A DNA stretch of 64,000 nucleotides from Guillardia theta CCMP2712 (lineage: Eukaryota; Protista; Cryptophyta), in the NCBI RefSeq assembly GCF_000315625.1, contig NW_005434628.1, forward strand, positions 425,310-489,309, in the 5' to 3' direction. The stretch's first letter is position 1; each line of letters opens with the position of its first letter. The notes beneath the pieces were generated by a model. It did no database searches. It was not told the DNA's origin and saw only the letters and a list, made by a program, of their open reading frames with translations. This document shows, in pieces, positions 1-11,616 of the stretch. The position numbers and the translations under genes are program-made.

Positions 1-185
1 AGGAAATCTCTGCCGACAACTTTGAGCTTATCGTCCGCGCGCAGCTCAAAAGGTACGTTCAGCGACGGATGGCTGCTACCATGGTAGAGGCAGACTTGGA
101 CTCGTCCAAGGCCAGCCCCGTCCTCTTCGTCTTGAAGCAGCTCACCCTCAACATCGAGGAGGTGAAGTAGCAGCTGAACGCCTAA

Positions 186-230
<45 letters not shown>

Positions 231-1426
231 CTACATCTGGCTCCTCTTTATCCTACTCCCTCCTCCGTCCTCCCTTATCCTCTTCCTCCTCTTCCTCCTC
301 ACTGCTCTTCCTTCAGATCAGCGACCACCAGAAGAAGATCGACAAGGAGCAGCAAAAGCTCAAAGAGTCGGTAAGACTGACCAGCTGCTGCACAACCGAG
401 GATACCACCTTCCTCCCTCCTTCCCTCCATCACTCCCTCCCTCCCTCCCTCCCTCCCTCCCTCCCTCCCTCCCCTGTGACTCTGGGGCGTCAGGTCGCCA
501 ACATCAAGGATCAATTCCTCGTGAGGGGAGGGGTCAACCACCTCGAAGTCCTCCAGAGGAACGTGTCTGACTGCGACAGGAAGCTTAACGCTGTTCTCAA
601 GCTCCTCCTCTCTTCCTCCGACAAGTCGGCAGTGGGGGAGGAGGTTCTGAAGAAATTTTCCCTCGACAGCCTCCTCAGCCTCGTTCCTCAGCCTCCGACG
701 CACGAGGAGAGCAGGAAACAAGTTCCCATCACCACCCTCCTTCCCGTCCAGTCCTCCGGCCTCTCCCCTCTCCGCAAGGAGCGAAAGGTTCGAAGCCAGC
801 GCACGCCCAGCTCAGAGAAGAGTTTGCAGTCCCTGGAGGCGAGAAAGGAGGCGATGTCCAGCATCAGCATCTCCAGCGACTTCGTGCATCTGCTGCAGAA
901 CGAGGAGGAGGAGGAGGAGGGGAGGAGAAGGTCGAGGGAGATGCATGACGAGGAGGAAGGGGGACGGCAACAGTTTGTGACCCATCTGGACTCTTGCGGC
1001 CTCACCATGATCAAAGTTCCGCGCAACCTGATCAACACAAGACTACTGGGCGCCCCTGCAGACAGCAACGAGGTCTCTCCTCCTTCCTGCAACCTGCCTA
1101 TTTCTTCCTCCTCCTTCTCTTGTCTCCTNNNNNNNNNNNNNNNNNNNNNNNNNNNNNNNNNNNNNNNNNNNNNNNNNNNNNNNNNNNNNNNNNNNNNNNN
1201 NNNNNNNNNNNNNNNNNNNNNNNNNNNNTTCTCCTCTCCTCTCCTTCTCCTTCTCCCTCCTCCTCCTCCTCCTCCTCCTCCTCCTCCTCCTCCTCCTCCT
1301 CCTCCTCCTCCTCCTCCTCCTCCTCCTCCTCCTCCTCCTCCTTTCCTCACGTATCCATTCCCAAGGAACCTGGTCATGAACGAGGCTGCTGCCTTCCTTC
1401 CCTCAACCGTCAAGGTCTTAGAATGA
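1..1426 (+). CDS. 3' part of a multi-exon gene for an uncharacterised protein with a coiled-coil-like segment; 5' end lies outside the window
   Basis: Coding-like exons (EISADNFELIVRAQLKRYVQRR..., ISDHQKKIDKEQQKLKES, VANIKDQFL...) are separated by GT..AG introns containing CTG/CCT microsatellites. An N-gap at 1129-1228 interrupts the 3' end. Confidence 0.55.
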
Positions 1427-1839
1427 GCCCTTTGTCCCCCTGCCTCACTTTCTTACCAGTTGGATCCAGCAACGATCAGGATTCTTGATAAGGTGCCGCT
1501 ACTGTTGCTTCCCCTCTTCCCGTTATGCTTCATCCCCCTCCCCTTCAACTCCTCTGCCTTTCCTTGTTCTTCTCTCTTCCTCGCTCGTCCACCTCCCCCC
1601 CCCACAAAAAAAACTCGAGCTCCCTTCCTCTTCTCCACTGCTTCTTCCTTGTTTCTCCTCCTCTGCCTCCTCTTTTGTCTCCTCGGAGCTTCAACTCCTC
1701 CATCCCCTCACGACCTGCCTTCACCTCGCATGTCCTTCTAAATGCGTTTACCGTCCTTGCTCATGCTTCAACAGTCTGTCCTCTTCCCATCTCTTACCCT
1801 CCTTTCCTCCAATTTTCCTCACGCTCTCGTTCTGCTCTT

Positions 1840-4180
1840 TAGTTTCAGCAGCTGGACTAGGCTTGGAATCAAAGCACAATTCAAGGAAAAGCATATCAGG
1901 TGTCTCTTTTGCCCGAACACATCTCCGATGATAGTCATACAAGAGATGGTTGAGTGTGCGTATTCAGCTAGAGGTAACATCCCCGTATTTTACTCACTCT
2001 ATGTAAACAAAGGAAGCATACATGCCTTCATGTCGATCGTATTACTCCCCTACATGCTCGTATCGCCGTCTATGGTACATTCAACCCTCCACTCGCACTC
2101 ATTCCCCCAGACGCTTCTCCCTCACCCCAGCGCTGATCTCCGCCTCCCGCTGATGGCTCTCCTTGATATGCTTGGTCCGTCTGGGGCTGCTGGCTCTGAC
2201 TCTGGTCAGCTCCTGCATCAGCTGCCACCCGTCCGACCTCACTCTGATGGCCTTGCCCGCGCTCGCTGCCTCCTCCTCCAGCGTGCAGACGGGAGTATGG
2301 GCGTCAACGTAGGCTTGCTGGGATGGGGAGAGCTTGAGAGAGCGGGCAGCAGGGAGGGAGAGGGAGAGGTCAAGGAGGGAGATAGAGAAGGAGGGAGGAG
2401 GAGAGGAGCGTGTCATTGCTGTGCAGGGTGTGCGTGGGAGGGAGGAGGGAGGGGAGGTTGAGCTGGTAGCGTGTCAGATGTTTATCAGGTGCCAAGTTGA
2501 TCCCTCCAAGATACCGGGAGACGTATGTGGCTAGATACCGCAACGGTTCGTCGAAGTCCGAGAAACGAAACGTTGCGATCTGCCAATGTAGCTCTTTTAT
2601 TACGACCTTTTAGACGAAACGGTGCTTGTTCACCACCCAGACTCTTTGCTCCTTGCGCTAGCGGGCCTGTAAGCTCGAGCGAGGGGTCCGTGACCGTCTG
2701 ACCGGCTAGACGCGACAGCAGTAAAGAATCTACCTGAAGGTGACTTATCAGCTACTTTTACTCAAAGTTGAGTTAAAGTTCAGTACCAATTATTCCTCTA
2801 CTCTCCTGCTTGTCCGCACACTGACTTTTAACTTAACTCTGTTGAGTAAACGACTGATGTACCAGTCACATGGCTGTGAGCGACAGCCAGTAACTGACTC
2901 ACTGATCTTTACTCAAAGTTAAGTGAAAAATCAGTACGAGGACAATCAGGAGAGTCGAGGAGGCTTGACCCTGACACTGTCGCACAGGCCAAACGTCGCA
3001 CAGGCCAAACGGCGAGAAGAGAAAAGACAGCGAGAACCAAACACTAGTCAGTCTCGTTTAACTTTACTCAAAGTTAAGTTATACATCAGTACGAGGACAG
3101 CAGGAGAGCAGAGGAGGACTTGACCCTGACCGTCCCTGTCCGATCGCACAGGCAATACGGTGAGCAGAGAAAAGACAGCGAGACTGTCTTCAACACGAAT
3201 CTCATTTACAAGCCTCTTGTTGAGGGCGTCCTCCTCGCATCCTCCATCCCTTTCACGCTGAGTCTTCATCTGCTCTCCTGTTTCAGCAGCTGCAGTAGAT
3301 TTGCAATCAAACACGCACATACATCGGACCACTCAGTACATGTACAGCCCAATCACTGCAGGGCCGACGACGACAAGATCGGGACAAAGAGAGCTCGACG
3401 CCAACCATCAGGCTGGAGCATGGCATGAGCCCTCTCTGCTCGACCCTTGAGCACTGAACATTCCCTCGCACTTCCCGTCATCAGCTCAACTATGTCTGGG
3501 GTGATACAAGAGATGGTTGTGTGCGTATTCAGCTAGAGGTAACATCCCCGTATTTTACTCACTCTATGTAAACAAAGGAAGCAGACATGCCTTCATGTCG
3601 ATCGCATTACTCCCCTACATGCTCGTATCGCCGTCTATGGTACATTCAACCCTCCACTCGCACTCATTCCCCCAGACGCTTCTCCCTCACCCCAGCGCTG
3701 ATCTCCGCCTCCCGCTGATGGCTCTCCTTGATATGCTTGGTCCGCCTGGGGCTGCTGGCTCTGACTCTGGTCAGCTCCTGCATCAGCTGCCACCCGTCCG
3801 ACCTCACTCTGATGGCCTTGCCCGCGCTCGCTGCCTCCTCCTTCAGCCCGCGGACTGGACCCGCGCTCGCTGCCTCCTCCTCCAGCCTGCAGACGGGAGT
3901 ATGGGCGTCAACGTAGGCCTGCTGGGATGGGGAGAGCTTAAGAGAGCGGGCAGCAGGGAGGGAGAGGGAGAGGTCAAGGAGGGAGATAGAGAAGGAGGGA
4001 GGAGGAGAGGAGCGTGTCATTGCTGTGCAGGAGGGAGGGTCGAAGGTGGCGCTGCTGTATAAAGAGCAAACAGGTCGGAACGGAACGCTGTGCTACGTCT
4101 CTGGCTCTTTATGACTCAACGAAACGGTGCATGTTGTGTAGTCACCAGTTTGCTCCTGACCCTCAGCCTGTAAGCTTCCA
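1840..4180. repeat. Diverged tandem duplication (~1.57-kb offset) carrying a short minus-strand ORF
   Basis: 1935-2430 and 3504-4030 are near-identical, with weaker similarity in both flanks. ORFs 2099-2416 and 3664-4020 on the minus strand are near-identical, and the second has a 39-nt internal duplication. Confidence 0.85.
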
Positions 4181-5280
4181 TTCGATGGCCACGTGACAGC
4201 ACCGGGGTGCTTTTGCCAAAGGTCGTGTCCTCGCATCTTTTTGCGTAAAAGTCGGATATCACGGTCCGGGGGCCTGGTCATTTGTAGGGCCTGTGCGATT
4301 CATTGAATCTTATCCGAACAGCTGAGTGTTGTCGGACGTCCGGGCCGGCGACGGTAAGTAGCACCCGGAGCTTCCGGCGACCGCCGCACGTCGGACCGTA
4401 CTCTCCGAGTGACCCGGGCCGTCTGCCAACGTGTCACGGACAGTCGGACCGTACTGAGTGACTCCGAGTGACGGACTGGCGGCGCGGCGCCCCTGCGGCT
4501 GAGGCGGTTAAACTTTGGCGGTAAAAAAAAGGGTCCGACACTGACTCGGTTACGGGCCCGGCGGCCTCCGAGTGGCCGCGTGACGGCCGGGCCGGGCGGC
4601 GCCGGACCGAGGTTGGCCGGATCCGATCATCCTGCCCGGTTCGGCCGGGCCCGGCGTCGCCGGAGTCGCCGTACGGTATGAAGGCAGGCAGTATCAGGTT
4701 CACGGGTGGCAGGAGCGGTCAGTACCGTACCGTACCGCACGCCGCCGTACGGTACGCCCGGCTGGGATGATTCAGTCTACACGGTCAACACCCGGGGGCC
4801 TGGCAGCCGGCCGCTCCCTTGGCCGGGGCCCGCCGGGGCCGGCCGCCCGCCCGGCGGTGCCCGCTCGCCCCCGGGCCGCCGCCCGACCCACTNNNNNNNN
4901 NNNNNNNNNNNNNNNNNNNNNNNNNNNNNNNNNNNNNNNNNNNNNNNNNNNNNNNNNNNNNNNNNNNNNNNNNNNNNNNNNNNNNNNNNNNNCGGCGCGG
5001 TAGGACGCCTTGGGGTGCAGGGCTGGTCGCCTAGGTAAGAGGTGTGGAGTTGGCAGCGTGGAGTGCGCGAGGGCGGGGTGGCTCTTCCCTGCTCCGCGTC
5101 CGAAAGGGAGCGTGGTCTCTGTCGAGAGCGCACGGCCCTAGGCCGTGTCTCGCTGGGCTGGCTCGGTCTGGCGGAAGGGGGGGGGGCCGCCGGCGCGGCG
5201 GGGGCCGGGGCCCGCACGCCCGCCGGCCCGCCGGCCCGGACTCACTGAGTGAGTCAGGGCCTCGCCGCAACTTGCCTGGC

Positions 5281-5684
5281 TGACGGATCACATGGATCTT
5301 ATATAGAGCCCAGACTTGCCGAGCCCAAAAACTCAGAAATTGTAACTGTTCTGGAACGGTACGGTACTCCATTCCGACTATTCGATGGAATGACCAGAGG
5401 AAGCATCCTCGGGGCGGACAATACCCCTGGTTATCTGTATATAAGCATGGGGTCCTGTCTCCTTCTCTCTCTCTCTCTCTCTCTTTTTCCTTCTCTTCTC
5501 CCTCTTTCTTTTCTCCTCATTCTCTCTCTCTTCTCTCTTCCTTTCTCACCCTCTCTTAATCTTTTTCTTTCTCCTATCCTTTCAGTCTCTGTTATCTTCC
5601 TATCCTTGCTCTGCTTATAAATACTCTTATCTCAGAAGTCAATTACCTACCTGCTCTAACTTCGCTACTGCATACAATCCATCG
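5281..5684 (+). repeat. 5' LTR
   Basis: Matches 11213-11616 on manual comparison except at the first and last base. Starts TG and contains TATA-like TATATAA and a CT-rich tract. Confidence 0.97.
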
Positions 5685-5694
5685 GTTATGAGCC
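5684..5694 (+). promoter_or_regulatory. Primer-binding site of the half-tRNAi(Met) type
   Basis: GGTTATGAGCC abuts the LTR and resembles the copia/Ty5 PBS, which is complementary to the anticodon arm of initiator tRNA-Met rather than to its 3' CCA end. Confidence 0.8.
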
Positions 5695-5849
5695 TCGATC
5701 TCTACTACGCCAGGGCTGACTTCCTTCTCCAATACAGCCGCACTCAGTCTTGGAATTCTTGTGCTTTGGTTCACTTACTGCACTTTTCGACTCATCTGTT
5801 CAATCTACACAACATTGTCTGACTGGAAAGGCCGAATCTACAACATTGT

Positions 5850-6995
5850 ATGCTTTCCATCACTACTGAACCTGTTCAACAGAAACAAACTGGCAAACCA
5901 AATCCCCCAATGTTGCTCCTAACATTCTGTTTGCACATGATACCCCAACAACTTCTGGGGCCGCCAAATATTCTTCGAAGGTTCTTCGACGAACAACACC
6001 AGTCTATCGTCCGAACCCAATGAGTGTGACAACTGTGAACTCTCCCACCAGTACCCCGGCACAAGTTACGATTATTTCCTCGCCATCCAGCATAGAGTTT
6101 CCACCGCTTCCACGTAGCACTGACTATGACGCACTGGACAGTTGGAAACAAGGGGTAGAGAGAATCTTCCGACGTCATTCCATCCCGATGTCCGACTGGC
6201 TTCCCATCCTAGCGGACGATCCTCGCACTGATGAGCGACTGGTAAGTATCATTCGCAATGTGCAATTTGACGTAGGACCTGGAGCTTCACCCTCACAGTA
6301 CTGGGAAGGTGTCATCTCTAGAGTTTTTCGTTGCACTAAATGCCCACGACCATGGGACCGGCCCGGAGTTCTCAACACTACAGAAGACCCTTATTACGCT
6401 GAAACAGAGCAGCTCTCTTGAGCTATACCTACTTGAGTTTGAGAATCGCTGGCGAGAACTCGCAGTATGGGCATGTGACTTTAATCTAGAAGATGGACTA
6501 CCAACCCAGGATAACTTGATTACTCTACTCATTCAAGGACTGGACTCGAGGTGTAGTTCAGCAGTGGCTGGCAGAACTGATGAGATTGTGAATGCCGAGA
6601 CACTCACTGATGGCAATGGATTTGATTGCAGACATCTGTTCTGAATACAAGGTGGCTGGACTTGATGAGGAATCGTTCGCTCGGCTGAATAATCGTACCA
6701 AACGGACATACGGTCAGGGACTCAGGAGTGACACTCGCTTCGGGTCGAGACACCAACCGTAAGAACACCCAGCTGCATTCCCCAATCTCTCGCTTGTTAC
6801 TCACGGCTCACAAAACTGTCTGCAGATACTCGAAGACTAAGTCACCACTCGCCTCAAGGGTCATGGAAGTCGAGGATCGGAATACTTCCTCTGCCACCGA
6901 ACTACAGGAAACTACGTTCGCAGTATTTTCCCCTACAAAATTTATCGTATCATCGTGCTAATAATACAACGACCCTAGCGTCTTCACGACTCGGA
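5850..6995 (+). pseudogene. Frameshifted gag region of the copia element
   Basis: Gag-like helical segments are split over several frames: 6020-6421, 6309-6644 (LITLKQSSSLELYLLEFENRWREL...LLIQGL) and ~6610-6762. Confidence 0.6.
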
Positions 6996-9900
6996 TTGAA
7001 ATCATGGCGAATTACTCAGAGGAACTCGATTGCCCTGAAAACTACTGTCAGCCCCCTCAAAGACAAGGAACATCATCCTCTTTCAAGGCAGACGGCTACA
7101 CCTCTCACTCCAACCACTGGGCAACTTCCAGCGGAGACTGTGATGAACCTGACAGAACACTGTGTCAGTCCACCCAGTTCTTCAGATGTAACCCCTGAGC
7201 AACCAGGAATTCAAATTGTGTTGGATACGGGAGCCTCCGATCATTTCTTCAACTCTGACATTCTTAATTTCATCACTGAACTTAATTCTGAACCTCTGGA
7301 GTTGCAAGTTAATACCATTCTTGGCAGTACACAAAACCAGACTGTGCTCCCAACTCATAGACAGAGAGCTGACATATTCTCTGTGACAGCAAGGCTTCCT
7401 TTTCTTCCTGAGTTAGATCTATCAGGATTTTTCTCGCCAGACTTCATGGTGAATCTACTTTCAGCCGCCCGACTAGTGGAAAGTGGTTACTTTGTTATTC
7501 TCTGTAAAAACCATTCGGTCGTGTGCTGTCCTATAGAAAGTACCGGATCAGATGGTTCTATCCTGGTAATTCCTCTTCTCCGTTCTGGCAATACCTGGAT
7601 CTTCAACTCTAGTCACCAGACAAGGTACTTAATTCGTACATCCTTGCTAAACAAATTCTTGCTGTGGCTGTTGAATCCAGATACCTCAGAAGTGTCAGAC
7701 ATCGCCGAGGCAGCCTATGTGGACTCAAATAAGAATAAGAATGTGACAGATCAATTGTATCCTCCATTTGCACAGTTCTGCTGCAGCACGCCTACGCTCA
7801 ACAGAGAATACAAGGAAACTGAAAGATCTGCGACCAGCTCAGCTCCTGAGGGATTGCCTACTGCTTCCCCTGCCGTAACGATTGGCAACACTGACACAGC
7901 GAGTAACCATCACAGTACTGAACAATCTCTGTCTCAAAAGGCACAGTTTCTGCAGAAATTACATCTTAAACTGGGACATGCGAACATGGTTGCCCTCAAC
8001 AAACTGCACTACAGCACGGCTGAAGTTCCGGAGGTACCGCGGAAGTATCTCTGCCTGGATGAAAAATGCTTGTGCTGCCTTAGAATGAAGAGCAAACAGA
8101 TCCTGGCAAGTAAGCACAACGGTGAAATAACCAAATTGTGTGCGACACAGAGGAACTTTCAACCACTTGAGAAGCTACACGCTGACCTAGCAGGTCCACT
8201 GAACATTCGGACTCACAAAGGAGCAAGGCACTTTCTCGTAATCACTGACCAGGCGACACGATTCCGATGGGTTCTACTAGTTCCCAAAAAGGATGATGTA
8301 CCTGAACTCCTTCAAAGCTTCTTTCGAGACCTGCTTGCAGAATTTGGCACTAACGTAAAAATACTGATCCTACAAACCGACTGTGGCAGCGAATTTAAAA
8401 ATCAGAAACTCGTCACCATTCTGCAAAATGCTGGAATCAGACCTGAATACTCTTGTCCTTACACTCCAAGTCAGAATGGTATTGCAGAATCTTCGGTCAA
8501 GAGAATCAAAGAGATCACTCGAGCATTTATGGACACATCCAATTTACCCCAGAGCCTCTGGGGGTTTGCAGCGGTACACGCCGCACGTGTTGCAAATCTC
8601 ATTCCTCATCGGTTACTAAACTATCAGACTCCGTTTCAATTACTGTACGGATATTACCCATCACTCAACAAGCTTCCGGTGTTCGGATGCTATGCTTGTG
8701 TTCACAGGAGAAATAATAAAGGGTCACTGGTTGGAAGCACTGTTGAAGGAATCTATCTCGGAGATGCTGATCCACTGTTTAATACAAAGGGTTATCTCGT
8801 GTATGGACCAAAGTCAAAACGATTCTTCATCTCCACGTCTGTGGCGTTTGATGAAAGCTTATTCCCTTGCAGGCCAAAGAGCTCACGAAGGTTGACAGAT
8901 CTCAAGGACATAAGTACACTACTTACCGACAATGAACTTGAGTACCCTGACTACTCCAGCTCTGATCTATCAGAACACCACCAAGTCATGAGCTGTGAGC
9001 AACAATCTGGCAGTACTGATTGCTGTACAGATCTGATGAATCACGAATCTCCGAAATCTGTTCCCGGCAATGTGGATAAAGCAAAAGATACAGAACCACT
9101 GATCAAACAACGACATAGTTTGAAAACTCTGAGCAGAAAACAACTGGTCAATGCACTTGTCAGAAATAAGGTTCAACTCGAATTACCATCATACTTCTAT
9201 CCGGATGAGACACCTGGAACATGGACAGTCATGAGCTACAGAAGGGAACAAAGGAATAAGCAGACCTACCTTCTCACCAAAGTAGTGGACTGTCCTGTAC
9301 CAGATGACATTGGAAAGATAATTCCACTGAAAACTGACAATTCTGAGTTCTCCCTACAGAAAGTGTTGGACCTTCAATTTAACGTTCCTCAGTATCTAGA
9401 TGACATACTCTCTGTACAGCAAGGGCGTACAAGTCCAGGAGAATCAGTGAACCCCACATCTACTGCCTACTTCACCTCATCAACTCTCACTTACTGGCAG
9501 CAGATCAAGGAACCCAAAAGCATAAAGGAAGCATATGAAAGCGAACATAGAGACAAATGGATGAGAGCACTCCAAGATGAAATGACTAGCCTTGAACAAA
9601 AATTGGTGTATACTACTGAGTCACAGGTACCTCCAGGAACAAAAACTATTCCTTGCAAACCAGTTTTCAAGGTAAAAACAAATTCAGATGGAACCCTAGA
9701 CAAATTCAAGGCTCGTATAGTAGCGTTGGGATATCGTCAAGTGAAGGGTATTGACTATGAAGAGACATTTGCACCATTTGTAGACCTGAGCACTATTCGA
9801 TTGCTATTTGCATTGGCTGTAGAATACACCTATCACATTCACCATGTCGACGTAAAAACTGCCTTCCTAAATGCAAACATAGACAAGGAAATTTATACCA

Positions 9901-11183
9901 GACCTCCCAAGGACTTATTGAAGTACTTACGTGCATGGCTCACAGGAAGTGCCCCAATAGACCTACCAGAGGACGACAGAGTATTCTGGAAACTGCAGCG
10001 AGCACTATATGGTACCAAACAAGCCCCTAACTTGTGGAGTGTAACCTTGCGAAAATACTTGTTACAATTAGGATTTCGTGACGTCGGATTTGAAAAATCT
10101 GTATACATTCGCAGAAAACCAGATGGGGGTGTTCTAATCGTACTTGTCTGGGTGGACGATGTGTTACTGTTTGGAGACACCTTGGAACCTATCAATGAAT
10201 TCAAGACAGAATTGAATAACAGGTTCCCAATCACCGATAAGGGAGAAGTGGAATACTTTTTAGGGGTAGAGATCAAACGAGATCTTGAAACAGGAAGCAT
10301 CACACTTTCTCAAGAAAAATTCATCAACGAAATATTGACAGAATTCGAGATAGATGAGAAAATGAAAGCCTGGACTCCTGGAACTACAACCAAACAAAAA
10401 CTTAGTGATGATGGAGATTATCTTCACAAAGGAGACCAGACGAGATATCAACAACTGATAGGCAAACTCAATTACCTCTCGGTGTTTACAAGACCTGACT
10501 TGGCCTACACAATCTCAAGACTCTCACAACATCTGAGAGCACCTACCGTAACAAATTGGAAGGAAGCTATGAGAGTTCTTCATTACCTAAATCAGACAAA
10601 AAATATGGGAATAATTTTCAAACGGGCCGGAAGTCTACACTCACCATGTCCTGGATTAATTGCATACAGCGATAGCGATTTTGGAGGAGACTCCTCAGAT
10701 CGTCGCTCAACCATTGGCTTACTTCTGCAATACAATGGTGCCCCGATAGTCTGGAAGGCTAAGAAACTCAAACTTGTCACCCTTAGTACAGCCGAATCAG
10801 AGTATTGTGCAGGCGCAAAGGCTGGAGTAGAAATCATCTACATACGACAAATATTAGAGGACCTGGGTCTAGAGTGTATCAATCCAACTCCATTGTACAT
10901 TGACAATCAGGCTGCAATCTGCATTGCAAAGAATCCAGGAAAAAAGAGTTTGGCTAAACATATTGACATCAAGAGGTTTTTCCTAAGACAACTTGTGGAA
11001 GAGAATACCGTTAACGTACAATATGTACAGACCTCGAAGATGTTGGCTGACCTCATGACAAAATCACTTGGACGCTATCAACACATGAATCTGACTAAGC
11101 AGGTATTGGGCCAATTTGAGTCTTTCCAACATCCATCCCTTGATCCAATCTCAGAACTAAAACCTACAGACTCACCTGACTAG
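6996..11183 (+). CDS. pol: Copia Pol polyprotein (protease, GAG-pre-integrase HHCC, integrase, reverse transcriptase, RNase H)
   Basis: 1395-aa open frame with LDTGASDHF, HLKLGH..CLCC, LHADLAGP/QTDCGSEF/QNGIAE, FKARIVALG, HVDVKTAFLN, ALYGTKQAP, WVDD, YSDSDF, STAESEY, DNQAA, KHIDIK and ADLMTK. Confidence 0.97.
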   Translation: MKSWRITQRNSIALKTTVSPLKDKEHHPLSRQTATPLTPTTGQLPAETVMNLTEHCVSPPSSSDVTPEQPGIQIVLDTGASDHFFNSDILNFITELNSEPLELQVNTILGSTQNQTVLPTHRQRADIFSVTARLPFLPELDLSGFFSPDFMVNLLSAARLVESGYFVILCKNHSVVCCPIESTGSDGSILVIPLLRSGNTWIFNSSHQTRYLIRTSLLNKFLLWLLNPDTSEVSDIAEAAYVDSNKNKNVTDQLYPPFAQFCCSTPTLNREYKETERSATSSAPEGLPTASPAVTIGNTDTASNHHSTEQSLSQKAQFLQKLHLKLGHANMVALNKLHYSTAEVPEVPRKYLCLDEKCLCCLRMKSKQILASKHNGEITKLCATQRNFQPLEKLHADLAGPLNIRTHKGARHFLVITDQATRFRWVLLVPKKDDVPELLQSFFRDLLAEFGTNVKILILQTDCGSEFKNQKLVTILQNAGIRPEYSCPYTPSQNGIAESSVKRIKEITRAFMDTSNLPQSLWGFAAVHAARVANLIPHRLLNYQTPFQLLYGYYPSLNKLPVFGCYACVHRRNNKGSLVGSTVEGIYLGDADPLFNTKGYLVYGPKSKRFFISTSVAFDESLFPCRPKSSRRLTDLKDISTLLTDNELEYPDYSSSDLSEHHQVMSCEQQSGSTDCCTDLMNHESPKSVPGNVDKAKDTEPLIKQRHSLKTLSRKQLVNALVRNKVQLELPSYFYPDETPGTWTVMSYRREQRNKQTYLLTKVVDCPVPDDIGKIIPLKTDNSEFSLQKVLDLQFNVPQYLDDILSVQQGRTSPGESVNPTSTAYFTSSTLTYWQQIKEPKSIKEAYESEHRDKWMRALQDEMTSLEQKLVYTTESQVPPGTKTIPCKPVFKVKTNSDGTLDKFKARIVALGYRQVKGIDYEETFAPFVDLSTIRLLFALAVEYTYHIHHVDVKTAFLNANIDKEIYTRPPKDLLKYLRAWLTGSAPIDLPEDDRVFWKLQRALYGTKQAPNLWSVTLRKYLLQLGFRDVGFEKSVYIRRKPDGGVLIVLVWVDDVLLFGDTLEPINEFKTELNNRFPITDKGEVEYFLGVEIKRDLETGSITLSQEKFINEILTEFEIDEKMKAWTPGTTTKQKLSDDGDYLHKGDQTRYQQLIGKLNYLSVFTRPDLAYTISRLSQHLRAPTVTNWKEAMRVLHYLNQTKNMGIIFKRAGSLHSPCPGLIAYSDSDFGGDSSDRRSTIGLLLQYNGAPIVWKAKKLKLVTLSTAESEYCAGAKAGVEIIYIRQILEDLGLECINPTPLYIDNQAAICIAKNPGKKSLAKHIDIKRFFLRQLVEENTVNVQYVQTSKMLADLMTKSLGRYQHMNLTKQVLGQFESFQHPSLDPISELKPTDSPD

Positions 11184-11212
11184 GGACTCTACCATGTCTG
11201 GTCTCAGGGGGG

Positions 11213-11616
11213 CGACGGATCACATGGATCTTATATAGAGCCCAGACTTGCCGAGCCCAAAAACTCAGAAATTGTAACTGTTCTGGAACGGTACGGTACT
11301 CCATTCCGACTATTCGATGGAATGACCAGAGGAAGCATCCTCGGGGCGGACAATACCCCTGGTTATCTGTATATAAGCATGGGGTCCTGTCTCCTTCTCT
11401 CTCTCTCTCTCTCTCTTTTTCCTTCTCTTCTCCCTCTTTCTTTTCTCCTCATTCTCTCTCTCTTCTCTCTTCCTTTCTCACCCTCTCTTAATCTTTTTCT
11501 TTCTCCTATCCTTTCAGTCTCTGTTATCTTCCTATCCTTGCTCTGCTTATAAATACTCTTATCTCAGAAGTCAATTACCTACCTGCTCTAACTTCGCTAC
11601 TGCATACAATCCATCA
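11213..11616 (+). repeat. 3' LTR
   Basis: Copy of the 5' LTR, preceded by the purine run AGGGGGG and followed by the TSD CTGGC. Ends CA. Confidence 0.97.

Larger units (their letters stand above)
5281..11616 (+). mobile_element. Full-length Ty1/copia LTR retrotransposon, recently inserted
   Basis: 404-bp LTRs at 5281-5684 and 11213-11616, 5-bp TSD CTGGC (5276-5280 and 11617-11621), PBS GGTTATGAGCC, purine run before the 3' LTR, and pol domain order PR-IN-RT-RH. Confidence 0.98.

Noticed and set aside
10149-10160. WVDD instead of YVDD as a sign of an inactive RT
   Set aside because: Both catalytic aspartates are intact, an aromatic substitution here is tolerated among copia elements, and the LTRs indicate recent insertion.
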